From: Myxococcales bacterium
Lineage (GTDB): Bacteria > Myxococcota_A > Polyangia > Polyangiales > DASUME01
Length of the DNA stretch: 64,000 bases
NCBI GenBank assembly: GCA_047601445.1
Contig: JASGJH010000001.1
Span: forward strand, 1 to 64,000
Direction: 5' to 3'
Shown here piece after piece: positions 34,581 to 45,400 of the stretch. Within the stretch, counting starts at the first letter, position 1. Each line of letters starts with the position of its first letter. Position numbers and translations under genes: made by a program. The notes under the pieces are model-generated. The model had not been told where the DNA came from, made no database searches, and worked only from the letters and a program-made list of their open reading frames with translations.

Positions 34581-35291
34581 ATGTCGCATGCCGCCAAACT
34601 ACGATTCACGCCAATCTCGCCTTTTGTGAAATCTGGTTCTCTGTCAGGCGGCAGCATGTCGGACACCAGCCCTACTTCGCCAACGTTCGATCACAGGACC
34701 ACACGCCGGTTTGCTGTCCGCCTTCAATTGCTGCAGACACTCCCCCCGGGAGGCATCGTTGCCGAAGTGAGGGTCTTCAAAGGACGATTCTCGCGCCGCA
34801 TCTTAGATTTAGATATTGTTGGTCCACAGCGTTTGCACTTGATCGATCCGTGGGTCCATCAAGAGTTACCTTTGTGGAAAGAGCGCAACGACGAAAACCA
34901 TCTGGATTTCCTAATAGAGGTCCAGGGCTCCTTGCAACTGAAAATTGCCAGCCGCCGGGTGATCGTTCATCAGGGATTCTCGCTCGATGTGCTGGAGTTA
35001 TTTCCCGATCACTGCTTCGACTGGGTCTATTTGGATGGCGACCATCGTTACGAAAAGGTGCGAGCCGAACAAACGCTTTGCGATCGGAAAGTTAAACTCA
35101 ATGGATTGATTCTCGGGCACGATTACATCAAACCCGAACTCTACCCTCCCTCTCACCATGCTCGCTTGGGAGTTGTGTTCACGGTGCGTGATTTCTGCAC
35201 CCTGGGAACTTGGAAATTTGTCCTGCAAACTCCCCGCGGCAGCAAGCAGTGCCCTACTTTTGTCTTGCGACGCCGCTCTTTGGAGTTCTGA
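34581..35291 (+). CDS. Class I SAM-dependent methyltransferase (Methyltransf_24-like); start uncertain
   Basis: AEV(R)VFKG.FS, LIDPW, FPD..FDWVYLDGDH.YE, KVK.NG.I.GHDY. Motif I has Arg where Gly is expected. Confidence 0.8.
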   Translation: MSHAAKLRFTPISPFVKSGSLSGGSMSDTSPTSPTFDHRTTRRFAVRLQLLQTLPPGGIVAEVRVFKGRFSRRILDLDIVGPQRLHLIDPWVHQELPLWKERNDENHLDFLIEVQGSLQLKIASRRVIVHQGFSLDVLELFPDHCFDWVYLDGDHRYEKVRAEQTLCDRKVKLNGLILGHDYIKPELYPPSHHARLGVVFTVRDFCTLGTWKFVLQTPRGSKQCPTFVLRRRSLEF

Positions 35292-35292
35292 C

Positions 35293-35930
35293 ATGCCTAG
35301 CAATTTACTCGCCGGACGGTTGGCGAAGCTTCAATTCGATGTGACTGCCCTGGGGCAGTACAACGAGGAAATCGTAGCGCCCACACCCGCCACACCGTAT
35401 CACAACAATGACGCCGCCTATGAAGATTGGTCCCTTACGAGTCGGGATGGCAACGCTCAGCGACGGCGTGCAGCGAATCAAACTTTACAAGGATCGAACT
35501 GCGCGTGACAAAAGACGGGGAATCTTCCCTACGCCACTCTGCCAAGGTCATGCGACTGAGGTTCTGGAGCAGTTGGCAAGGGAGAGACTGAAACCACATC
35601 GGATCTGGGTGATGCGGCTCACCCACGAAGGATTTGCCATGAAGTGGCACCGGGACGCAGATGTCAAATCATGGCGCTTGCATATTCCGATCATCACGAA
35701 CCTGAGCAGTTTCTATGAGTGGAAGTTGGCAGATGAATCGGTCTAGCGGGTCGATCTACCAGCTGACGGCTCGGCATGGCTTGTGCGGGACGATGAGCTA
35801 CACCGAGCAGTCATCAGAATCCGGCAGGAGGTTTCGTGTTCACTTGATGATGAGCTTAAGCGGCATTCCATCGCGGGAGTTGTTTACAGAGCCTGTCTTG
35901 AGCCTCACGCCGCAAGGTGTAGCCGGCTAA
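35293..35930 (+). pseudogene. AspH-like Fe(II)/2-oxoglutarate hydroxylase, disrupted (frameshifts and in-frame TAG at 35744-35746)
   Basis: WHRD, RLHIPIITN, LPADG..W, H.A, R.HL assembled across three frames. Confidence 0.65.
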
Positions 35931-35985
35931 AACTCAGCCAGGATGTTTGCCTCTCGAACGAGCTTATCTTGTTGAGAACAACGGT

Positions 35986-37656
35986 ATGTCCGTGAAGCAA
36001 GTTGACTGGAAGGCTGCGGAGCTGGCTGAACTGGGACGATTGGTCCGAGCGCTCGTGCAAGACAGTTCGCGTGGGCCAAATACATTAACTCGACAATCCA
36101 TCGCATCACCTGGTGCAGTTTCTATCGAATGGCGACATTCGGGGCGGTTCCTGGGAACTGCTTGGTTGGTCGCGCCGTCCCAGTTGTCCGCCCTGGCACA
36201 AATCATCGACAGAGCCAGGCCGTCGCTCCAAGCTGCCAACGAGCTATTGCTCTGCCTGGCATACACCCCCCGTACGGTGGCGCTGGGTGATGATCATGAC
36301 TGGCAACAGCTAACAGCCAATCTGCGCCGCGGGTTGGAAGCCTACGAATTAGAGATGTCTGGCCAACCGCAGACAGTCAAATTTGTTAACCCCTTCGCGA
36401 TCGTGGCTCAGAATCGACCGATTGAACGCCAGTTGCTGCACTACGCTCAGCAGTATGGATTTACGCTCCCGCAAGCCAGAGCAGGACAACTCATGGTCCG
36501 AGTTTACGATACACAGCAATTCTTCATCGATCTGTATCGCTCCAAAGCAGCGGCCGTGCCGCTCTATCGCACGCAAGAGATTGTTCCGCTCTCGACGATT
36601 AATCGCTCCCAGATTGAACGATTGAGAAATCTGTGGGGCGAATATTTGATAAGGAGCGTGCAAGCCGACGGGCGGATGAGCTATCTCTTTTATCCGAGCC
36701 GCGGCACAGAGGATTTGCAACGCAATAATGCTATCCGACAATGGATGGCTACCAGGGCTTTGATTGCCTGGTGGCGGGAAACCCAATCCGAACAAGTGCT
36801 GGTCATATTGCGACGGAACCTCGATTACAATCTCCGGGCCATGTACCGCGAAGAGGGAAACCTGGGGCTCATTCGCGACGGAGAGAAAATCAAGCTGGCG
36901 CAATCGTCCTAGCGGCGCTGGCGCTCCTGGAAGCACCGATCCCTGAGCAATATGCCGTTCAGCAACAGCGGCTCCTAGCCACAGTCGATACTTTGTGGCG
37001 ACCGGACGGCCAATTCAAAACTTTTTATCGCCCCGTGGACCGCAACGATTGCCAAAACTTCTATCCAGGCGAAGTGCTTCTGCTCTGGTCCAATCTGTTA
37101 ACTCGGAAAATGGATCCCTCGCTCCTGGCCCGCTTCAATCAATCGGTTGACTACTATCAACGTTGGCACCTGGCGAATCGCAATCCGGCCTTTGTCCCTT
37201 GGCACACGCAAGCCTATGCCAACGTATGGAAGCTGACCGGCGATCCGCGGCTGCGCGATGCAGTGTTCACCATGAACGATTGGTTGCTCAGCGTGCAGCA
37301 GTGGCATACAGCCCCTTGTCCTGATTGCCGGGGCAGATTTTATGATCCTCATCATCCTTTTGGGCCGCCCCATGCCTCGTCAACGGCCGTCTATTTAGAA
37401 GGACTCGTAGAGGGCCTCGCCTTGGCCCAATCGTGCGGAGAGTCCGCACGTGCAAAGCGCTATCGCACGGCAATTATGCGTGGCATTCGCAGCCTAGCCC
37501 AACTGACTTTCGCAACGGCTCAGCGACATGTACTACATCAGTCGGCGTAACCGATTGCGGGGAGGCATTCGCACGACTGAGTACAACAACGTGGTGCGGA
37601 TCGACAACGTGCAACATGCGTTCATGGCGCTGCAGCGTATTCTGAAGTTGATTTGA
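35986..37656 (+). CDS. Uncharacterised protein with AMMECR1-like N-region and alpha/alpha-barrel-like C-region, frameshifted
   Basis: DG.M.Y.FYP, NNAIRQ, NFYPGE, AFVPWHTQA, ASSTAVYLEGL, GGIR, RIDNVQH; family recognised from memory. Confidence 0.6.
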
Positions 37657-37688
37657 GTAGGAGCAGTGACCGCAATCCCTCATCTACG

Positions 37689-38420
37689 TCAAGCGCTCTG
37701 GATATCGCATGAATTGGGCAACTCCGGCTGCTGTTGCGATGACCAACAGACACCGGAGGCGTTACCGTCTGCATAGAAATGCAGAACTGCGTGAAGTTGG
37801 CCTCGATTAAGGGTGGCAATCGTGTCGTGCAAACGACGTTTGGGCATCTCTTCAGACAGCGGATTCTCGATGCGGCTTGGCCAGTCCTCCCTCTGGAAAG
37901 TGGTCAGGATCAATTCTTGGTTGGGAGCTGGATGCTTGTATTCCTTGACGAGCAGACTTCCCCAAAGCAAGTGACGCAGTTCGTGGTTCCAAAACGGCTT
38001 GGAAGACGATAAGAATTCACCTTTTGCCTGCGGCCGGCGTTTCGTAGCGGAGATTCTGAGCGAAGCCGAAGTTGAGACATTGGGTTGGGTTGAAATGCCA
38101 GCCAAGTCGAGTAGCAAGACCGCCCGGCGACCCAAGTCGGTGAGCACGAAGCAGGTATGGGGCTCAAAGGTCAAACTTCCCGTGGGTTGGAATAGTCGAT
38201 TATCAGACAGGGAGCCGTGAATCTCGGTTTGGTGTTCCAACAGTCCTTGGCAGATGAGCCAGCGGAAGTCCGTCAAGGTCAATCCCACATTACGCAGTTC
38301 GCCGATTTCGACGGCGAAATCCCAGCGGCTTCGGTCCACCGCCTCGGCGACCAAGGCGGCTTTCAACAACAGTTCTGCAGACGACGTGAATTCGGCAGGC
38401 CAGCGAGGAGAGGATCGCAT
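37689..38420 (-). CDS. Hypothetical protein with a putative C-terminal winged-helix DNA-binding domain
   Basis: Intact 243-aa ORF with RBS AAGGAG; P.W....R.L, PAPNQE.IL..FQ.E.WP..I..PL, KRRLHDTI..LN, DG...GV.W. Confidence 0.6.
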   Translation of the reverse strand: MRSSPRWPAEFTSSAELLLKAALVAEAVDRSRWDFAVEIGELRNVGLTLTDFRWLICQGLLEHQTEIHGSLSDNRLFQPTGSLTFEPHTCFVLTDLGRRAVLLLDLAGISTQPNVSTSASLRISATKRRPQAKGEFLSSSKPFWNHELRHLLWGSLLVKEYKHPAPNQELILTTFQREDWPSRIENPLSEEMPKRRLHDTIATLNRGQLHAVLHFYADGNASGVCWSSQQQPELPNSCDIQSA

Positions 38421-38561
38421 GGTTGCTCCTTAGGAAAGCAGTTGCTTGGCACCGGCAAGTTGCAAACGAACCTGCTCCGGCCCCCTGCAAACCACTCCAA
38501 AAGCCCCCATTGCAAAACAGAGTGAAAAGAGGGCGCGAAATCCGCCCATTCGGAGCCATTT

Positions 38562-38709
38562 TTTGCAAAATTTTTTCCCGGCGGATCGCAAGGATATTAC
38601 CACCCTCGGCCGAATCAGCCATATCTTATTATGCTGCAATAACTTACAGCACACCAAAAAAAGTTGATTACGTGGCAAGAATCAATCCAGGCCGAAAAAA
38701 TTTTGCAAA
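38562..38709. promoter_or_regulatory. 16-bp perfect AT-rich inverted repeat in a divergent intergenic region
   Basis: TTTGCAAAATTTTTTC (38562-38577) and GAAAAAATTTTGCAAA (38694-38709). Confidence 0.55.
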
Positions 38710-38728
38710 TTTTTCCCTCCTCAATCAC

Positions 38729-39066
38729 GTGAACAACTAGTGTACGCCGTTATCTTTCTCAGTGAACATGACAGTGTACAACAGACATTGCTTCGTGTGG
38801 ACAACCGATCACACGAAGCGTGACACATGTGTACAACCGGTGTACAGAGATGGTTTTCTAGTGAACAACTACTGCACAAACAACGGTTATTGGCTCCAAT
38901 TTTAGTGTACAAGACCAAGATCCGACGTCTTCACGAAGGATTTTTTAGTGAACAAACTCAGTGAACATCGAGTTTGCTTCGTGTGAACAAAGTAGTGAAC
39001 GTCGTAATATCACTAGTGAACAACACGTGTACAGCAGGCAACTCGACAGTGAACAAATAGTGTTCA
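38729..39066 (+). repeat. Phased array of ~18 GTGWACA heptamers
   Basis: Copies at 38729, 38740, 38762, 38774, 38797, 38829, 38840, 38861, 38872, 38905, 38948, 38961, 38983, 38995, 39016, 39027, 39049 and 39060. Confidence 0.85.
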
Positions 39067-39416
39067 TTTGAACCAATACGAAGGACGTACGACACGCCCA
39101 CGAAGGTTGCTTGACAACTTGTAGCCGTGCATTACAAATTTCCCCCGCGGTGTGGCGCGGCGGGCGTTTTCTCACTCACCAACGTTTCACCGGGGGGTAA
39201 TCGCACCTCTCCTGTGGGATGCAGGAACGTAGCGAATCATCCCCACCATCCGGTAGTGATTGTTCGCGATTGCATCTGCTAGTCCTTTCGGTTGCCTGAC
39301 AGAGTCTCGGCGGTCGATCCGAGGCTCAACTCGGATTCCTTCTTCATCAATTTGCAGAAAAGACCGGCCTTGCCGGTGGCGCCTGAACTGCGCGCTATCC
39401 TCACCAGGAGTTTTGC

Positions 39417-42400
39417 ATGAACTGGCTCAACTGGCTCTCTCACAGCTCTCGCCAACGAGTTCAAGCCCAACAAGCAGTCGAACGGAAACGCCGTCGCCGG
39501 TTGTTTTTGGAACGGTTGGAAATCCGAGCCATGATGACAATCGGCGATACACCTGCGTGGGGGAGCGTCGTCGATACGCACTCGTTGGGATCGACTATCA
39601 GGGGCGGCGACGACGACATGGAGTTGGCTTCTGCAACAATTCACACTTCACCCAACGCATATGGGTCTATCCAGTTCTTCGATGATCTTCAAGGAGAGGG
39701 CGAAGGAGACGGAGATGGAGATGGAGACGGAGATGGAGACGGAGACGGAGACGGAGATGGAGACGGAGATGGAGACGGAGATGGAGACGGAGATGGAGAC
39801 GGAGATGGAGACGGAGATGGAGACGGAGATGGAGACGGAGATGGAGACGGAGATGGAGACGGAGATGGAGACGGAGACGGAGATGGAGACGGAGACGGAG
39901 ATGGAGACGGAGATGGAGACGGAGATGGAGACGGAGATGGAGACGGAGATGGAGATGGAGACGGAGATGGAGATGGAGATGGAGATGGAGATGGAGACGG
40001 AGATGGAGACGGAGATGGAGACGGAGATGGAGACGGAGATGGAGACGGAGATGGAGACGGAGATGGAGACGGAGACGGAGATGGAGACGGAGATGGAGAC
40101 GGAGATGGAGACGGAGATGGAGATGGAGACGGAGACGGAGATGGAGACGGAGACGGAGATGGAGACGGAGATGGAGACGGAGATGGAGACGGAGATGGAG
40201 ACGGAGATGGAGATGGAGACGGAGATGGAGACGGAGATGGAGATGGTGGCGGTGGCGATCCTCCACCGATCACGCTTAGCATTGGCGATGCCGTGGCTAA
40301 CGAGAGCGACGGAACCATGTCCTTTACGGTGCGGCTATCGGCGGCAAGTACGGAGGTGGTCACCGTCCATTACGCCTCACAGAATTTCACAGCGGCGGAG
40401 ACCGCAGATTACGAAGCGGTCAGCGGCACACTAACATTCCAGCCTGGCGACTTGGAGCAAACCATCACGGTTTCTCTTACCGATGACAACATTGCCGAGA
40501 GCGACGAATTGTTTGCAGTAGTCCTTTCTGACTCCACTCAGGTCGGAATCGACGTGGGCGTTGGCACTGGCATCATTCAGGACGATGACTTGCCTACGGT
40601 CAGCATTACGGATTCGCTGGCAAACGAAGCCAATGGCTCCATGACGTTTGTGGTTACGCTCTCTACGGCTCGGGCGACCCCCGTATCAGTGCATTTTTCC
40701 ACAGCCGCTCAAACAGCCACTGCTGGCTTGGACTATACGACGACGACGGGAATCGTAACCTTCGCCCCCGGCGTCACTCACCAGGAGATCAACGTTCTCC
40801 TCGCCGATGACGTTTGGGACGAAGACAATGAAACTATTTCGTTGACGCTCAGTGCGCCGTCTGGCGCCACGATCGACAATGGCGCGGCTCTCGGAACGAT
40901 CGTGGACGACGACGAAATGCCGACGCTGGCGGTCAGCGATGTTCAGGTTCGTGAATCGGCGGAAGCGGCCGTGTTTACGCTGACGTTGTCGGCGGCTGAG
41001 CGAACGAACCGTCTCGGTAAGCTATGCCACAGCGGACGGAACGGCAGTCGCAGGAGCGGATTACTCGGCGACGAGCGGCACGTTGCTTTTCTCTCCGGGG
41101 GATACCGTGCATTCGATCACGGTTCCGATTACAAACGACGCGGATATTGAAGCAGTCGAAACCTTCTTGCTTGCGATCTCCGTTACCAATGGCTTGCTCG
41201 CAGGCACCACCACGCGCACCGTAAGCGGCACGATCTTGGACAATGACTCTCCCCCCAGCATTTCGGTGGGCAATGTCGAAGTCAACGAAAATGACGGCAC
41301 GGCGCACTTCCACGTCACGCTATCGCAAGACTTCGACCAGACAGTTACGGTGGACTTTGCAACCGCCAACGGCACGGCGTGAGCTGGCTCAGATTATACA
41401 ACGACCAGCGGCGCCTGAGCTTCACGTCTGGGGTGCGCGAGCTAGAAGTCACAGTACCACTGCTCAACGACGCGCTCGACGAACCCGCGGAAACTTTCAC
41501 GCTTCAACTGACCAATGCGGTTCACGCCACCATCAGCACGAGTACGGCCACGGGGATGATTCGGGCCAGCGACCCGACGCCGGCCATTGTGGTGAGCGAC
41601 GTCACGGTTCTCGAATCCAGTTCGGCAGTCGTCTTTACGGTGACCTTGACCAACGCCAGCGAGACAGAAGTGACGGTTGCCTACACAACCGTGGATGGCT
41701 CGGCAGTGGCAGGAAGTGATTACACGGCGACGAGCGGCACGTTGACTTTTTCAGCCGGTTCCCTAAGCCGGACGATTTCGGTTCCGTTGTTGAACGATAC
41801 CATTGAGGAATTGGATGAAGCATTTTCGTTGAATCTAGCCAATCCCACCGGCGCGACGATTGCCGATGGCCAAGCAACCGCGACGATTCACGACAACGAT
41901 TCCCCCACGATTAGCGTCAGCGATGTGTCGGCCAACGAGGGGAATGCGCTCGTTTTTACGATCAACCTCAGCAACGTCAGCACGCAGTCGATCACGTTGC
42001 TGTATAGTACAGTCAATGGCACGGCAACGGCCGGCGCGGATTACACGGCGATCGGCGTTTCCTCGGTGACATTTGCTCCTGGCGAAACGTCAAAGCAAAT
42101 TACCATCGCAACTTCCCAGGATGCACTCAACGAAGACGGCGAAACCGTCAAGCTCAATCTGTCGCTCGTTGCCAATGCCACCCATCCTATTTTAGGCAAT
42201 TCTCTGGCGATTGGCACGATTCTCGACGACGATCCGCTTCCCTCGCTTTCGATTGCCGGTGCATCAGCAACGGAATCTCAAGGCAAGGTCCGCTTTACGG
42301 TTCAGTTGAGTGCGGTCAGCGGTAAAAGTGTCTCCGTGCATTATGCGACGACCAGCGACTCGGGAGCCAGTCCCGCGACGGTGTCCGTCGATTATCAAGG

Positions 42401-45400
42401 CGCTAGCGGCAATCTGACGATCCCGGCCGGCCAAACCACGGGCACGATTGATGTAATGATTATCGACGACAGCCGTGACGAGGATGATGAAACATTCAAG
42501 CTGTTGTTGTCATCTCCGAGCGGAACAACAATCGCGAGCGGTTCCACTGCCGTGGTAGGAACCATTCTCGACGATGACCCAACTCCCTCCGTGATTGTCG
42601 GCGATGTCAACGTGCCGGAAGGGGCGGGGACGGCCAGTGTTACCGTGCATTTGTCGAGTGCCAGCAACAAGACGATCACAGTTAGCTACGTCACTGCCAA
42701 CGGCACTGCCACGGCAGGGGCGGATTATACGGCCGCCAGTAACTTGTTGACCTTTGAGCCGGGCGAAACAACCAAAACGATTCCCGTCAGCATTCTCAAT
42801 GATGCGACCGACGAGGATGACGAATCGTTCACAGTCACGCTCTCATCGCCGACAAACGCGACGTTGGGGCGTGCGACGGGAAACGTCATCATTCTCGATG
42901 ATGATCTATGCGCCGCTGCTGAGCATCAACAACCCCACTACCAACGAGGGGAACGGTACGATGACGTTCACCGTCTCGTTGTCGCAAGCTAGCGCCAAAA
43001 CAATTAGTGTGAATTACGCCACCGCCAATGGTACAGCCACAGCTGGCAGTGATTACACAGCGACCACCGGGGCACTGACATTTAATTCAGGAGATACCAC
43101 AAAAACTTTTACCGTTCCTGTTCTGGAGGATACCGCGGTCGAAACGGCGGAAACGATACGCGTCAATTTGTCCAATGCCACCAATGCGGCGCTCGGCGTA
43201 GCTCAAGGCACAGGCACGATCACGGATAACGACAGCCCGACCCTTAGCATCAACAACGTCACCGTTAACGAAACATCCGGGACCGCCACCTTGACGGTTA
43301 GCCTCTCGGCTCCCAGTGCTTTACCCATCACCGTTCACTGGGCGACAGCGGATGGGACGGCAACGGCCTCCGACGACTATTCCAGCAATTCTGGCAACCT
43401 GACATTCAACCCGGGAGTTACGACGCGAACGATCAACGTGACAATTAATCAGGATGCGGATACTGAGTTGGAGGAAACGTTTAAAGTTGCTCTAAGCAAC
43501 GCCACCAACGCCCAACTCCCGACTGGAACACAAGGTGTTGTCACAATTCGTGCCAATGGTCCCTTGACGGTCGCTTACGCCACCTACACCGTGCCACATG
43601 ACAAGCCGTTTACCTTCAACGTTGCCGCGAATGCCCAAGGCGGCTCCGGTTCGCCCCTGCAATACACTCTGGTAGTGCAGGCTGATCACGGTTCTGTCAT
43701 TGTTGTCTCAGGAACGACGCTCAAATACACGCCACGGCTGCACTATGTGGGTGAAGATTCCTTCGCTTACGATCTGAAAGACGGCACATACGAAATCCCA
43801 TTTGTGCAAGCCGAATTCAACGTCGTGGAAAACGCGCCGGTTGGGTTGCCCGATAGTTATACACTCGGCAAGGGAACAACCTTGTCGGGACAAAACGTCC
43901 TGACCAACGACTCGGACGCGGACAATGACGCGTTGACGGCGGTGCTCGATTCAAGCGTCACGCATGGTACGCTCGCTCTTTGGGCAAACGGTAATTTCAC
44001 TTACACGCCCGCGACAACGCCTGGCCTTTACGAGGGAACCGACCAATTCACCTACCACGTCACCGACGGCATCACATCCAGTGCTCCGGTAACTGTGACT
44101 CTCACGGTCGTGTCTCTTCCTCCCGTGGCGAATGCAGAGCCTGCTCTCAATGTGGTGCATGATCATGCGCTCACAGGCAATGTGCTTTCCAACGATGTCA
44201 GCCCCTACAACAAACCGTTAGTTGCTCAACTGGTGTCATCCGTAGCCACGGGAACTTTGTCACTGCAGCCCAACGGCAACTTTACCTTTACGCCGACTGC
44301 GGGCTTCTTGGGTGACGTGTCGTTCAAATATCGAGTAACCGATGGCAACCTGACATCAGGAATCGCGACGAACGTAATCCATGTTGTGAACCACACGCCC
44401 ACTGCCTTGCCGGATGCATACACCGTCACGCACGACCATGGTCTTGCCGTCTCCTCGGTTTATTTAGGCATTCTCGCCAACGACCCAGACGCTGACTACG
44501 ACACGCTCACGGCCAGCGTGAATCAGACGACGGCGCACGGCAAGCTGAGCCTTAACTCCGATGGCACGTTTACCTACACGCCTGACCCAACCTTCGCCGG
44601 GAGCGATTCGTTTACCTACACCGCCTCGGATGGCGTTTCCGCAAGCAACGTGGCCACGGTCACGATTCAGGTCGTGGAAACTGTGCCGACGGCCAGCAAC
44701 GTCAGCGTGAGCAACTTCCCGCACGACAAAACCCTCGTGCGCACGCTCGCCGCTGCGGAGATCTCGCAAGATGCCGACCTGGATTCCTTGAGCTTCGTGC
44801 TGGTCGAATCCGTCGCGCCCGACAAAGGCATTGTACGACTGCACGCCAATGGCGACATTGCCTACAGTCCTCCTCCCAATTGGACGGGAACCGCTCAATT
44901 CAAGTTCGCTGCCTATGATGGCCTGCAATACAGCCTACCGGCAACCTACACGATCCAAGTCGTGGAACATGCACCAGTGGCAGTGGCCGATTCGTTCACA
45001 GTCGTTCACGACCATTCACTTAACGCCCCATCCGTGCTCAACAACGACACCGATGCGGATGGCTCGGCCTCCGTCGAGCCACTCGCGGCTCGGCTCGTCT
45101 CGGGGGCTGGCGTGCAACATGGATTGTTGGCGTTCAACAGCGATGGCACTTTTGTGTATCAGCCGGCGGCTGGCTATTCCGGTAGCGATGCGTTCCAGTA
45201 CCGTGTTTTCGACGGCCGGCAATATAGTTCTCCGGTCACAGTGACGATTTCCGTTGCGGAACATGCTCCATTGAGCGTTGCAGATTTGGCGGTGGTCGGG
45301 CACGACCGCACCTTGACCGGCAACGTGCTGGCGAATGACACCGGATCAGGATACGGGCGAAACCCTATCGGCCCAACTTGTGAGCGGACCGGCCCATGCC

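Noticed and set aside
38729..39066. CRISPR array interpretation of the periodic region
   Set aside because: The repeats are 7 bp, not 23-50 bp, the spacers are too short and irregular, and no cas genes are present.
39130..39416. Riboswitch in the toxin leader
   Set aside because: GC-rich hairpins are present, but I could not match any known riboswitch consensus by eye. An Rfam/Infernal scan would be needed.
39661..40434. Alternative-frame ORFs (ETEM)n, (SP)n and (LH/LR)n
   Set aside because: They are by-products of the stop-free GGAGAY repeat. Only the GD frame is continuous with the export motif and Calx-beta domains and makes the C/T variation synonymous on the gene's strand.
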